A stretch of DNA of 64,000 nucleotides from an uncultured Acidobacteriota bacterium (GTDB lineage: Bacteria > Acidobacteriota > Blastocatellia > RBC074). A model generated the notes under the pieces. It searched no databases. It was not told the DNA's origin and saw nothing but the letters and a program-made list of their open reading frames with translations. Where the stretch lies: positions 512,001 through 576,000 of the forward strand of contig CAWCKY010000002.1 of the NCBI GenBank assembly GCA_963796275.1. The letters run 5' to 3'. Position numbers and translations under genes: made by a program. This document shows, one piece after another, positions 19,132-29,349 of the stretch. Every line of letters begins with the position of its first letter. Within the stretch, counting starts at the first letter, position 1.

Positions 19132-20172
19132 TTACCTGGCATCGAATTTCATATTTATCGCTTGCTCTTTTCCCTCTCGAATAATAGAGATCGTAAACGC
19201 AAACCCGGTCTTATTATTTAATATCGGGTCTTTAAACAAATTTTCAATTAAGGCATTCAAATCCATAGTTGAAGTGACGGCATCGTCATTTATGCGGATT
19301 ATGCAATCTCCAGCCTTAAAACCGGTGCCTTCCGCCATGCCGCCAGCAGTTACTTCTGTTACCAGTACGCCGCCACCAGCCACATTGAAATATTGGGCTA
19401 ACTGCTCGTTCAATTCTGAGGTGGTGACGCCGAGATAAAATCGGCTGGCATTAGCCATCTGCTGGATGCCCTTCACCGGCTCAATATACTGGAGCAAAGA
19501 CGCACTCTTTTCATCCGAACCCTTCTGCGGGGGCGGAACGTCCTTGCTCAGCCCTGCATCTTTGCTCCGTTCATCCTTCTCGCGTTCTCCGGCTGGCGCG
19601 AGCGACGTCCCTGTCTGATAAGCCTGTCTCCTTTGTTCGACCAGAGCCGAGGCTCGCCGGTAACCAATCTCGACCGAGATATTTTGCGTTTCACCATTTC
19701 GGCTGATGCCGAGAGTCAGATTTTTTCCCGGTGCGGAGTCGATGAGCAATAGAAAAAATTGCGCGCGGTTCAACACTTTCTGATCATCGAAGGAGAGTAT
19801 GACGTCATTCTCCTGAAGCCCTGCCCTCGCGGCCGGACTGCCTTCAACCACTTTCCCGACAATCGCGCCGCGAACCTCCGCCAGTTGTAATTGTTTGGCC
19901 CGCTCTTCGTTGACGTCCCCTAGATACACCCCCAAGTACCCGCTGCTTCCTCTATCAGCTTGAATCGGCGTATCACTTTTTATCTGCCTTAAAAGCTGCA
20001 AATCATCAATTAATTGTCCGTAATGGTAAGCCGCATCGACGGGCGAGCGGTTCCGGGAGGCCGCCTCTTTCCCCGATCGATCTTGAGCAGTAGTGTGATA
20101 GCCCGCGAAGAGGAGCATACCGGATGCGACGAGGATACGAAGGGCGGCCAGGGATATCCGATCAAGCTTCAT
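19132..20172 (-). CDS. Periplasmic double-PDZ protein without a protease domain
   Basis: GYLGV...GSPAARAGLQENDVI and FYLGV...GFKAGDCI PDZ motifs; start taken at MKLDRIS. Confidence 0.8.
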   Translation of the reverse strand: MKLDRISLAALRILVASGMLLFAGYHTTAQDRSGKEAASRNRSPVDAAYHYGQLIDDLQLLRQIKSDTPIQADRGSSGYLGVYLGDVNEERAKQLQLAEVRGAIVGKVVEGSPAARAGLQENDVILSFDDQKVLNRAQFFLLLIDSAPGKNLTLGISRNGETQNISVEIGYRRASALVEQRRQAYQTGTSLAPAGEREKDERSKDAGLSKDVPPPQKGSDEKSASLLQYIEPVKGIQQMANASRFYLGVTTSELNEQLAQYFNVAGGGVLVTEVTAGGMAEGTGFKAGDCIIRINDDAVTSTMDLNALIENLFKDPILNNKTGFAFTISIIREGKEQAINMKFDAR

Positions 20173-20351
20173 AACAGACAGCCTCGATTTATTTCCTTCT
20201 TGCACAAAATCACGCGAAATTGATAAACGTGTCAAATATTGCCTTACGTAGCAATTTCCACGCATCGTATAAGAGGATGTTCCAGAAAATTAGGGATTGG
20301 GCGGATTTATCGCGATGCTACGCATTCTCATCGATATCCGAAATCTCGATG

Positions 20352-22418
20352 CTATTTTACTTTTACAACGACGAGCGTCAGATCGTCTTCCTGTTCGGCA
20401 TCCGAAGTCCATTCTTTGACGGAACGAAGAATATTCTTCTCCAGCTCGGCCGCGCTCAGGTTACGGTGCCTGGTAATCAAGGAGATCAACCGTTCCTCGC
20501 CATACTCTTCATTCCCGGGGTTCCGCGCCTCGATCAAGCCATCGGTGAATGCGACCAGCAGGTCCCCGCTCTCCACTTTCAGCTCACCCCCTTCGAAGAC
20601 AACGTCGCGAAACAACCCGAGCACCGTTCCGCCTCGCTCCAGCTTCTCTATCTCAGCTGGTCTGCTGCGGCGTAATAACAGGGGCGGGTTATGACCGGCG
20701 TTGGTATAACGCAGCGTATCGTCCTGCTCATCGAATTCGGCATAGAAGAGCGTGATGTAGCTTGCCTCAATCAATGAATCGGCCAGTTGTTGATTGACTC
20801 GTTGCAGAATTCGCTCAACCCGACGAACCTCAACATGTCCCACCTGCCCCCGCAGATTGGCCTGTAGATTGGCCATCATAAGTGCAGCAGAGACGCCCTT
20901 GCCGCAAACATCGGCGACCACGATGCCGACACGCCCGGGAGCGACATTGATATAATCGTAATAATCTCCGCTGACCGATCGCGCAGGAATGCAGACTCCG
21001 GGCGAGAAATCGAGCTTCGCCGTCTCGGGGACAGAGCGGGGAAATAAGCGGAATTGCACCTGCGCGGCGATCCGCATCTCCTGATCGAGCCGCTGCTTCT
21101 CCGCCGATACCCGCAATAGCTCTCTGATCGAGCGCGTCATTTGATTGAAGGAGACCGCCAGCGCGCCCAGCTGGTCCCGCCCCGTATTGCAAATCTCGTG
21201 ATCGAAATCGCCCGCTTCGACGCGCTTGGTACCTGCGTACAACTGATGGACCGCCCCGGTGATGGAGCTGGTGAGATAGACCGCCGAACCGACTGCCAGA
21301 AGCGCGATACATAGTGAGAGGGCGGCTAGTCCGACGATTGTATAAAAAACGATTTTCCCGAGGGCGTTGTCCGATTTGAATTGCTGCACGCGCTGCCAGA
21401 TCCTGCTCGGATACAAAAAAGAGACATCGATCAGTAAAACCTCGCTTTCAACAGTCTCTCCCGATGACCATCTTCTCGCGCTTTTGTAAATCGGGAAACT
21501 TCCCGACGGAAAGGAGGATGCCTCCTCATTCCCGAGGTTCGGACCGTCCGGCGCGTTAACGACGTAAGTGCGCGCCTGACCTGGTAGTACCTCGAGGTCT
21601 GTACTATGCCGGAGATGCTCGCAAAGATTGGCGCCGATCGGATAATGTAGCTGCAGCGTAAATCGCTTTTTGAGTTTGACCAGATGTCGGGCGCGTATGA
21701 CTCTTTCACCCGTAGGGAACTCCTCGATCACCAGCCCGTGGAACTCATCCTCATTGCGAATCCATTCAGGCAATGGCTTGCCTTCGATAGCAGTCTGCTG
21801 CTGCGCATCCGCCCCCTCCGGCGATGAGCGTCTGACATCGATCGCCAGGCCGTCCGCGTCGAGGTTGCTGAGGCTCAACGTCAGATCAGGAATGACCAGC
21901 GAGAGAGCATCCGCCCGCTCCTGCAACCTGCGCCGCAATTGGTCTCGACTCAATCTGTCGATATCCCATTCCGCCAGGTCGCGGACGAGAGAAATCGATA
22001 CAGTGCGCGATTGCTCGAGATATCCGTCCAGGTGGCGCGACACGAGGCTCTCGCTCGCCTGCAATACGACGACGTATCCGGCGATGACTATCAACGAAAG
22101 GAGGAGGAGAATAGGCAGCGCGCCGATGAGCAGATAAGTAACTATCAGCCGGCGTCGTAAGCGCCACAACAGGTGCTCGGTGATCCAATGAGCCCCCTTG
22201 ATCGCAAAATATGAGAGAGGAATTACACCGAGTATTGACGCATAATCGAATATCTTTTTGAGCGATGAACTGCCGAATAAAGTCGCTTCATTGACGAAGG
22301 CCCAATCGATAAACCACACCAGCATGACCGCCAGCATGGCTTTACCCATAAAAGTGATGGGCAAGAGGCTTCTGAGTAACTCGAACACGAGGGGTCGCTG
22401 TCTGGGGTATTGCGTCAT
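20352..22418 (-). CDS. Membrane SpoIIE/RsbU-type PP2C phosphatase with HAMP domain
   Basis: TM segments, HAMP (DQLGALAVSFNQM), VSGDYYD, ADVCGKG, NAGHNPP, FTDGLIE, QEDDLT. Confidence 0.92.
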   Translation of the reverse strand: MTQYPRQRPLVFELLRSLLPITFMGKAMLAVMLVWFIDWAFVNEATLFGSSSLKKIFDYASILGVIPLSYFAIKGAHWITEHLLWRLRRRLIVTYLLIGALPILLLLSLIVIAGYVVVLQASESLVSRHLDGYLEQSRTVSISLVRDLAEWDIDRLSRDQLRRRLQERADALSLVIPDLTLSLSNLDADGLAIDVRRSSPEGADAQQQTAIEGKPLPEWIRNEDEFHGLVIEEFPTGERVIRARHLVKLKKRFTLQLHYPIGANLCEHLRHSTDLEVLPGQARTYVVNAPDGPNLGNEEASSFPSGSFPIYKSARRWSSGETVESEVLLIDVSFLYPSRIWQRVQQFKSDNALGKIVFYTIVGLAALSLCIALLAVGSAVYLTSSITGAVHQLYAGTKRVEAGDFDHEICNTGRDQLGALAVSFNQMTRSIRELLRVSAEKQRLDQEMRIAAQVQFRLFPRSVPETAKLDFSPGVCIPARSVSGDYYDYINVAPGRVGIVVADVCGKGVSAALMMANLQANLRGQVGHVEVRRVERILQRVNQQLADSLIEASYITLFYAEFDEQDDTLRYTNAGHNPPLLLRRSRPAEIEKLERGGTVLGLFRDVVFEGGELKVESGDLLVAFTDGLIEARNPGNEEYGEERLISLITRHRNLSAAELEKNILRSVKEWTSDAEQEDDLTLVVVKVK

Positions 22419-22472
22419 AAATCACATTGTCGCGTTACTCGGCGGGCTGAGCGGAGCCATCTTCGTTTTGTT

Positions 22473-24305
22473 TTAGCTCAAATCGGCCTCGAGTCTGGGG
22501 TAAAGCGCGTTGATAATTTCACGATGCTTCTCTTCGACGAACTTACGACGCACTTTGAGAGTCGGAGTGAGTTCTCCGCTCTCGATCGAAAATTCCCGGT
22601 CGAGCAGAGCTATCTTCTTGATCTTCTCGTGGGGTGCCAGTTCTTTTGTAACTTCGTCGACCTTCTTTTTGAAATATTCGACGACACGCGGGTGAGTGAC
22701 GAGCTCCCGTGTATCTTTGCTTTCTAGATTGAGCGTTCTAGCATAAGCGCGCAACGCATCGAAGGCCGGGACGATCAGAGCTGAGGGAAATTTACGCGCG
22801 TTGCCGACCACGATGACCTGTTCAACCATCGGGATACCCCGGATCATGTTTTCAATCAGCTGCGGCGCTATGTATTTGCCGAGGCTCGTCTTGATCAAAT
22901 CCTTTTTGCGGTCGGTGATGCGAATGAAGCCATCCGGATCGATCGTTCCGATATCGCCGGTGTGGAACCAAATCCCATCGTCGTAGCGCTGCAGGACGCG
23001 TTCCGTCTCTTCAGGCATCTGGTAATAGCCCTGCATAACATTGTCCCCCTGGACGAGCAATTCCCCATCTTCGGCGGTGCGGACTTTGACCCCGTGTATC
23101 GTTTGTCCTATCGAACCGATCCGATTGGCGGTCAGACGATTGAATGAGACGACGGGCGATGTCTCGGTCAAGCCGTAACCCTGCAAGATAGGAATGCCGG
23201 CTCCCAGAAAGATGTATGCAAGCTCAGGCGAGAGCGCCGCTCCACCCGCGACGAAAAAGCGGATGCGCCCCCCGACGGCCTCCCGCCATTTGGAGAAGAC
23301 AAGACGATCCATCAACTTATGTTCGAGCGCCAGACGGACCGGCACGCGCTGTCGCTTGTCCTTTAGTACCGCGACTTCCCTGCCGACTTCGATCGCGCGC
23401 CTGAATATCTTCTGTTTGAACGGCGATGCTTCGGCCGCCCGCTTGTTGATCGTGGCATATATTTTTTCGAATAGCCGCGGAACCGCGGTCACGACAGTCG
23501 GGCGTATCTCCTTGATGTCTTCGGCGACTGTCTCCACGCCCCGCGCGAAGCAAATCCTCACCCCAAACCACATGTATATATAAAGGACCGTCCGCTCGAA
23601 AACGTGCGAGAGAGGAAGGAAGCTGAGAGCCACGTCGTCGGGGCGGATTGAGAGCAATTCCCCCGATCTCAGCGTGTCGAAGACCATATTATGATGAGTG
23701 AGCATCACTCCTTTCGGCTCACCCGTGGTGCCCGACGTATAGATTATCGTCGCCAGATCATCCGGTTTCGAGATTGCTGCCAATTGATCGAAAAGCTGCG
23801 GCTGCCGGCTGAGCTCTTCCGCACCGCGTTCCTCAAGCGTCGAAAGAGTGATCAGAGTGTCGTCTTCGGAAGGATTTTGCGTTTCCTCGAACTGGATGAG
23901 CCGCGGTCTCTCTTTGCTCTTGAATCTATCGAGCGCAGGCTTAATCCGCCGCATCTGTTTATTGGTGGAGACGAAGAGAAAGCGGGCTCCGCTATTGCGG
24001 ATTATGAATTCGACCTGATCGACCGATTGTGTGGGATAGATTGGAACATTGATCGCGGCATTGGCGAGGATTGCATAATCGGTGATGCTCCATTCGGGGC
24101 TGCTTTCAGCCAGGAGCGCAACTCGCTCACCCGCTCGCAGACCGAGTTTATGTAGTCCGAGAGCGACTTTATGCACGCGCTCATCCAATTCCCTTCCGCT
24201 GATGTCTCGCCATTTATTGTCACGCTTCGAACGAACGACCACTTCTTCTGTGCGCCGCCCGATCGCGATTCTGAACATCTCGTTTAGTGTACGAGGCTCT
24301 TCCAT
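22473..24305 (-). CDS. Long-chain fatty acid--CoA ligase (AMP-binding family)
   Basis: [49 protein letters not shown]; start taken at MEEPR. Confidence 0.92.
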   Translation of the reverse strand: MEEPRTLNEMFRIAIGRRTEEVVVRSKRDNKWRDISGRELDERVHKVALGLHKLGLRAGERVALLAESSPEWSITDYAILANAAINVPIYPTQSVDQVEFIIRNSGARFLFVSTNKQMRRIKPALDRFKSKERPRLIQFEETQNPSEDDTLITLSTLEERGAEELSRQPQLFDQLAAISKPDDLATIIYTSGTTGEPKGVMLTHHNMVFDTLRSGELLSIRPDDVALSFLPLSHVFERTVLYIYMWFGVRICFARGVETVAEDIKEIRPTVVTAVPRLFEKIYATINKRAAEASPFKQKIFRRAIEVGREVAVLKDKRQRVPVRLALEHKLMDRLVFSKWREAVGGRIRFFVAGGAALSPELAYIFLGAGIPILQGYGLTETSPVVSFNRLTANRIGSIGQTIHGVKVRTAEDGELLVQGDNVMQGYYQMPEETERVLQRYDDGIWFHTGDIGTIDPDGFIRITDRKKDLIKTSLGKYIAPQLIENMIRGIPMVEQVIVVGNARKFPSALIVPAFDALRAYARTLNLESKDTRELVTHPRVVEYFKKKVDEVTKELAPHEKIKKIALLDREFSIESGELTPTLKVRRKFVEEKHREIINALYPRLEADLS

Positions 24306-24564
24306 AACTAGTGCATGCAAGCTGAAATAGATCCGGGAGAAAATCAAACTGTAAAAATCAAAGGGGGCAGATGGGAAAGTATTTCAGTAATAATGTTTCC
24401 CTTTCAGTACTCGCTAAACAACTTCTTTTTAAACAACTTAAAGCGCCGCCTGCCTTTGAAATCTGTATTTTATCCGGTGTCTTCTCTTCTTATACTTCCC
24501 CTCGAAGTGCGCGCGTGATAATCAATCTATTTCATCTATTTGTCAATTTTCAAGCCTCCGAGTG

Positions 24565-24593
24565 TTGACACTAAACTCTTTTTTTCTTATTCT
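24565..24593 (+). promoter_or_regulatory. Sigma70 promoter of the rplM operon
   Basis: TTGACA-17 bp-TATTCT, 42 bp upstream of the rplM ATG. Confidence 0.7.
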
Positions 24594-24635
24594 TTGCGTT
24601 CGTTTTTTTGATGAGATTTCTCGGAGATCATTACT

Positions 24636-25079
24636 ATGTCAACGTATTTTCCCAGTGGTAATAATCTGGAGCGGCATCGTCAGTGGCACATAGTAGATGC
24701 CACCGGCATGACGGTCGGCCGGCTAGCTAGTGAAGTAGCCTTTATTCTTATGGGCAAGCATAAACCGACCTATACTCCATTTATCGATATGGGCGATCAT
24801 GTGATCGTCATCAACGCATCAAAAGTGATATTTAAAGGCACCAAAACAGAAGACAAGCAATACCGCCATCACACAGGTTGGCCGGGCGGACTGAAAGAGA
24901 TATCCGCACGCGATCTGTTGGCGAAGAACCCGGTCCGGCTGATGGAGCTTGCGATAAAGGGCATGTTGCCGAAAACCAAGATCGGTCGCGCTATGGCAGG
25001 CAAGCTCAAGGTATATGCCGGCGCGGAGCATCCGCATAGTGCGCAGAAGCCCAGAAAGCTCGCACTTGCGGCTAAATAA
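24636..25079 (+). CDS. rplM: 50S ribosomal protein L13
   Basis: [51 protein letters not shown]. Confidence 0.98.
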   Translation: MSTYFPSGNNLERHRQWHIVDATGMTVGRLASEVAFILMGKHKPTYTPFIDMGDHVIVINASKVIFKGTKTEDKQYRHHTGWPGGLKEISARDLLAKNPVRLMELAIKGMLPKTKIGRAMAGKLKVYAGAEHPHSAQKPRKLALAAK

Positions 25080-25286
25080 AATAATTGGTCATTCATTTAT
25101 CGTTGATGAAATCATGACGAATCATTAAGATGAAATCATGAATGCCTCGTGTTTGACGTTCAGGTTATCCAACTTGCCGAAGACCTGATAGCCAAGCCGC
25201 GCATGGAAATGTAAATGAACGACCCTTTAGCTGGATAACCCGCAGGCAGACAACCTGCGGAAGATACTATTGAGGAGTATATTCAA

Positions 25287-25680
25287 GTGGCTGATATTCA
25301 GTATTACGGGACAGGCCGTCGTAAGAGCGCAACGGCACGCGTCTACTTGCGGCCTGGAAGCGGTAACTTCAAGGTTAACCGTGCCTCGATTGACGCTTAT
25401 TTCAAAAACGAGACTTTGCAGATGATAATTCGCCAGCCGTTACAATTGACCGATACGCTCAATAAATTTGACGTCCTGGTCAATGTTACAGGCGGCGGCT
25501 CATCAGGACAGGCGGGCGCGGTGAGACACGGCATTGCCCGTGCTCTCGTCGAGTTCAACGGAGAACTTCGGAAGAAGCTGAAGAGGGCGGGTCTGCTCAC
25601 TCGAGTATCCGCGTGCAAAGGAACGTAAGAAATACGGTCAGAAGGGCGCACGTAAGCGATTCCAGTTCTCGAAACGCTAA
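25287..25680 (+). CDS. rpsI: 30S ribosomal protein S9 (apparent +1 frameshift at about 25606)
   Basis: [28 protein letters not shown]; removing T25606 restores [28 protein letters not shown] ending at 25680. Confidence 0.95.
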
Positions 25681-25780
25681 TTATCAATCGATAAGCTATA
25701 ATTGATGATTGATAATTGATAATTGATAATTGATGATTGATGATTGATAATTAAAGCTTGATAATTAAGGCTTGATAATA
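25681..25780. repeat. AT-rich heptamer tandem array (TTGATAA/TTGATGA)
   Basis: Runs such as ATTGATGATTGATAATTGATAATTGATAATTGATGATTGATGATTGATAA directly after the rpsI stop. Confidence 0.9.
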
Positions 25781-25889
25781 GATATTGTATTGAATATAAC
25801 CTGCCGTCGATACCTGAGAGACCGAAGATACCGAAGGCCATATTCCCAGCATCGATTATCAAATATCAAGAATCGATCTACCATTAATT

Positions 25890-25977
25890 CCATTGCCGGT
25901 CTCGTCGTTGGTTGTTGCGGCGAGCGAACCGAAACTCTGAGGCCGGCGAGTACAGAAACCAAACATTGGAGGTTTGA
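25890..25977 (+). promoter_or_regulatory. Probable structured rpsB 5' leader (uS2 autoregulation site)
   Basis: GCCGGTCTC...GAGGCCGGC enclosing stem with an inner hairpin, followed by GGAGG RBS and TTG start; position matches known rpsB leaders. Confidence 0.5.
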
Positions 25978-27069
25978 TTGGCAACAGTATCAATGAAAGA
26001 GCTGCTCGAAGCGGGCGTCCATTTCGGGCACCAAGTGCGCCGTTGGAATCCGAAGATGAAAGAGTTCATCTTCGGCGAGCGCAACGGCATATACATCATC
26101 GATCTGCAGAAAACGCAGCGGATGTTCAAGGATGCGATGAAGTTCCTCTCGACGTTATCGGGTGAGGGTACGAATAAGACCATTCTCTTTGTCGGCACCA
26201 AACGTCAGGCGCAGGATGCGATCAAGGAAGAAGCGCTCCGCTGCAATCAGTACTACGTTAACCAGCGCTGGCTCGGCGGTCTACTCACCAATTTTCAGAC
26301 GATCCAGAAATCGATCAAGCGATTTAAGGAGATCGAAGCGATGCAGGCAGATGGCCGCATCGAGCAGTACGCGAAGAAGGAGCGTTTGCAGATTGAGCGC
26401 GAGCGCCTGTCCCTGGAAAAGAATCTCTCTGGCATCAAGGAGATGAAGAAACTGCCTGATGCGATCTTCGTCATCGATACGAACAAAGAGGAGATCGCGG
26501 TTAAAGAAGCGAACCGTCTCGGAATACCGGTAGTCGCAGTAGTCGACACCAACTGTACGCCGGAGGGAGTCAGCTATATCATCCCGGGTAATGACGACGC
26601 GCTACGCGCCGTTCGTCTCTTCGCCTCACGCATTGCCGACTCGGTACTCGAAGGCCATCAGCTCGCGCAGCAAAAGGAGGCGGAAGAAGCCGCCATCGCT
26701 GCCGAACAGGCGAAAGCGAGCGGCGTGACGGTAGAGATCGCACAACGCCAGCAGCGCGACCGCGGCGAACGTGGCGACCGCGGCGGACGCGGGCGCGATC
26801 GAGGACGGGGCGATCGCGGCGGACGCGGGCGTAGCGATCGGGGAGAGCGCGGCGATCGCGGCGAGAGAGCTGACCGCAGATCAGCTGCTGCGCCCGCGCA
26901 GCCAGTACCTGCGGCACCGGCTGCTGCTCCGGCAACCTCAGGAGGTGCACCGGCTGAGCCGGATGAGCCTCCCAAAGCGTCTAGTCCGGAAACTGTTCCG
27001 GTGGTAGATGTGGCCGCGCCGAGCCATGTAGTCGACCCCCCTGCTGGGAGCGCCGCGGAGTCTGCTTAA
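25978..27069 (+). CDS. rpsB: 30S ribosomal protein S2 with a long low-complexity C-terminal tail
   Basis: [41 protein letters not shown]. Confidence 0.98.
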   Translation: MATVSMKELLEAGVHFGHQVRRWNPKMKEFIFGERNGIYIIDLQKTQRMFKDAMKFLSTLSGEGTNKTILFVGTKRQAQDAIKEEALRCNQYYVNQRWLGGLLTNFQTIQKSIKRFKEIEAMQADGRIEQYAKKERLQIERERLSLEKNLSGIKEMKKLPDAIFVIDTNKEEIAVKEANRLGIPVVAVVDTNCTPEGVSYIIPGNDDALRAVRLFASRIADSVLEGHQLAQQKEAEEAAIAAEQAKASGVTVEIAQRQQRDRGERGDRGGRGRDRGRGDRGGRGRSDRGERGDRGERADRRSAAAPAQPVPAAPAAAPATSGGAPAEPDEPPKASSPETVPVVDVAAPSHVVDPPAGSAAESA

Positions 27070-27107
27070 TTTAACCCTGCGTATAAATCAGAGGATGAAC
27101 TGACACG

Positions 27108-27150
27108 ACGGCGCAGCCGCTGCCCAATCCGCGAGGCTGCGCCGTTTTTT
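27108..27150 (+). terminator. Intrinsic terminator/attenuator between rpsB and tsf
   Basis: 11-bp stem ACGGCGCAGCC/GGCTGCGCCGT followed by a T-run. Confidence 0.7.
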
Positions 27151-27187
27151 GCACATTCTATTTATTTGTGTTTGGAGAGGAAATTTT

Positions 27188-27823
27188 ATGACTATCACGG
27201 CAGAAATGGTGAGAGCGCTCCGCGAGAAGACTGGGGCGGGTATGATGGAATGCAAGAAGGCGCTCACCGAGGCTGATGGAAACGAGGAACAGGCCGTCGA
27301 GATACTACGAAAATCAGGGCTTGCAAGCGCCAAGAAGCGCGAGGGTAGAATCGCCGCAGAGGGGATCGTCGGCTCCTACATACACATGGGAGGAAAAGTC
27401 GGCGTTCTGGTAGAAGTCAATTGCGAAACCGACTTCGTCGCACGGACAGAAGACTTTCAGAGATTCGTCAAAGACATCGCCATGCACATCTGCGCTTCCG
27501 AACCGCAATATGTCAACAAGGAAGATATTCCGGCGGAGGTGATCGAGAAAGAGCGTGAAATTGCGCGCGGCCAGGCTCAAGCCGAGCCTAAGAACGCTAA
27601 CAAGCCCGCGAACATCGTCGAGAAGATGGTCGATGGCCGTATTGAGAAGTTCTACACCGAATCGGTGTTGCTCGAACAGCCGTTCGTTAAAGATCAGGCG
27701 ATAACCATCGGTGAACTTGTCACTCAACTCACAGCCAAGACCGGCGAGAAAATCAGCATCCGCCGCTTCACCCGTTACAAGATGGGCGAGGGGCTGGAAA
27801 AGCGCCAGAATGACCCCGCCTAG
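27188..27823 (+). CDS. tsf: Elongation factor Ts (short form)
   Basis: [44 protein letters not shown]; C-terminus ends abruptly at NDPA*. Confidence 0.96.
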   Translation: MTITAEMVRALREKTGAGMMECKKALTEADGNEEQAVEILRKSGLASAKKREGRIAAEGIVGSYIHMGGKVGVLVEVNCETDFVARTEDFQRFVKDIAMHICASEPQYVNKEDIPAEVIEKEREIARGQAQAEPKNANKPANIVEKMVDGRIEKFYTESVLLEQPFVKDQAITIGELVTQLTAKTGEKISIRRFTRYKMGEGLEKRQNDPA

Positions 27824-27868
27824 GCGGGTGAAACACCAACAGGCGAAGTGGGGCAAGGAGTCGCTGTC

Positions 27869-28615
27869 GTGTCAGAAACCTCAGATAAAATTAAATTCCG
27901 CTACCATCGGATTCTGCTCAAATTGAGCGGAGAGGCGTTGATGGGCGATGGGGGGTTTGGGATTGATCCCGATGTGGTAGAGCGCATTGCTCGAGAGGTG
28001 AAGGATGTCCACGATCTCGGCGTAGAGATCGCGATGGTGGTCGGCGGCGGCAACATCTTTCGCGGCCTGAAGTTGAGCACGGCAGGGATGGATCGCGCTT
28101 CGGCCGATTATATGGGAATGCTTGCCACCGTCATGAACGCGCTCGCCCTGCAAGACTCGCTGGAGAAACGCGGCGTTTTCACGCGCGTCGTCTCCGCGAT
28201 CGAGATGCGCGAGGTCGCCGAACCGTTCATCCGCCGGCGCGCCATCCGCCATCTGGAAAAAGGCCGTATCGTAATCTTCGGCGCCGGAATCGGCCAGCCT
28301 TTCTTCACTACTGACACGGCGGCCGCAATGCGCTCGCTCGAAATAAAAGCCGATGTGCTGATGAAGGCGACGCGAGTCGGCGGCATCTACACGGCCGATC
28401 CACGCAAAGACCCCAATGCTATCAAAATCCCCGAATTGACCTATATGCGCGTACTACAGGACGAACTGGCGGTGATGGACGCTTCGGCGATCTCTCTCTG
28501 CAAGGACAATCGTCTGCCGATTCTGGTATTCAATATGAACGAGCCTGGCAACATCAAACGGGCCGTCCTCGGAGAGCGCATAGGCTCGATCGTCAAGCCG
28601 ATCGACCAGTCATAG
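27869..28615 (+). CDS. pyrH: UMP kinase
   Basis: [43 protein letters not shown]; GTG start after AAGGAG. Confidence 0.97.
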   Translation: MSETSDKIKFRYHRILLKLSGEALMGDGGFGIDPDVVERIAREVKDVHDLGVEIAMVVGGGNIFRGLKLSTAGMDRASADYMGMLATVMNALALQDSLEKRGVFTRVVSAIEMREVAEPFIRRRAIRHLEKGRIVIFGAGIGQPFFTTDTAAAMRSLEIKADVLMKATRVGGIYTADPRKDPNAIKIPELTYMRVLQDELAVMDASAISLCKDNRLPILVFNMNEPGNIKRAVLGERIGSIVKPIDQS

Positions 28616-28639
28616 ATAACGATCTTTGTCGGAGGAAAA

Positions 28640-29197
28640 ATGACCAAGGAGATAAGTAAAGAGACCAGGACCAGAATGGAAAGGGTGATCGAAGACTTCC
28701 GTAGCAAACTCGGCACCGTGCGGACAGGCCGCGCCTCGACCAGCCTGCTCGATAATATCACCGTTGAATACTACGGAACGCAGATGCCGCTCAACCAGGT
28801 AGCTACAATTCACGCCCCGGAGGCTTCGATGCTCACCGTTCAGCCATTCGACCCTTCGCTCATCAACGAGATAGAAAGAGCGCTCCGGACATCCGAACTG
28901 GGCATCAACCCGTCGAACGACGGTAAATTGATCCGCCTCCCTATCCCACCGCTCACTGAAGAACGCCGCAGGCAGATGGTCAAAGTCGTGCACGACATGG
29001 CCGAAGACCATAAGACGGCTATCCGCAATATCCGCCGCGACTCCAACGATAAACTCAAGAAAGCACTTAAAGATAAATCAATATCCGAAGATGAAGAGAA
29101 GGGCGGCCTCGATGACATACAAAAACTAACCGATCAGTTCGTAAACAAGATCGGCGAACTCAGCAAGCACAAAGAAGATGAAATAATGAAAGTGTAA
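28640..29197 (+). CDS. frr: Ribosome recycling factor
   Basis: [38 protein letters not shown]. Confidence 0.98.
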   Translation: MTKEISKETRTRMERVIEDFRSKLGTVRTGRASTSLLDNITVEYYGTQMPLNQVATIHAPEASMLTVQPFDPSLINEIERALRTSELGINPSNDGKLIRLPIPPLTEERRRQMVKVVHDMAEDHKTAIRNIRRDSNDKLKKALKDKSISEDEEKGGLDDIQKLTDQFVNKIGELSKHKEDEIMKV

Positions 29198-29200
29198 ATA

Positions 29201-29228
29201 TTGATAATTGATAGTTGATAGTTGATAG
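29201..29228. repeat. Heptamer array (TTGATAR) x4
   Basis: TTGATAA TTGATAG TTGATAG TTGATAG just after the frr stop. Confidence 0.9.
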
Positions 29229-29349
29229 TGAAAGTCATACCGCGATATCTGAACGCGATGATTGTCGCGAGTAAAGCGGATCCGGAATTTATTTAAGTAA
29301 TCTTTCTCGCCGGCGCTAATGGTCAGCTGCAAAGCGCCCCTTCTTCTTC

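Noticed and set aside
25596-25628. Programmed ribosomal frameshift in rpsI
   Set aside because: No slippery sequence or stimulatory structure; a similar single-base insertion in the RND gene points to sequencing error
25677-25862. ORF rich in IINYQLS repeats
   Set aside because: Translation of the heptamer array on the antisense strand
27821-27823. Pyrrolysine or stop-codon reassignment at the tsf TAG
   Set aside because: TAG terminates several clearly complete genes in this window (ThuA-like, pyrH, TPR protein), so the standard code applies
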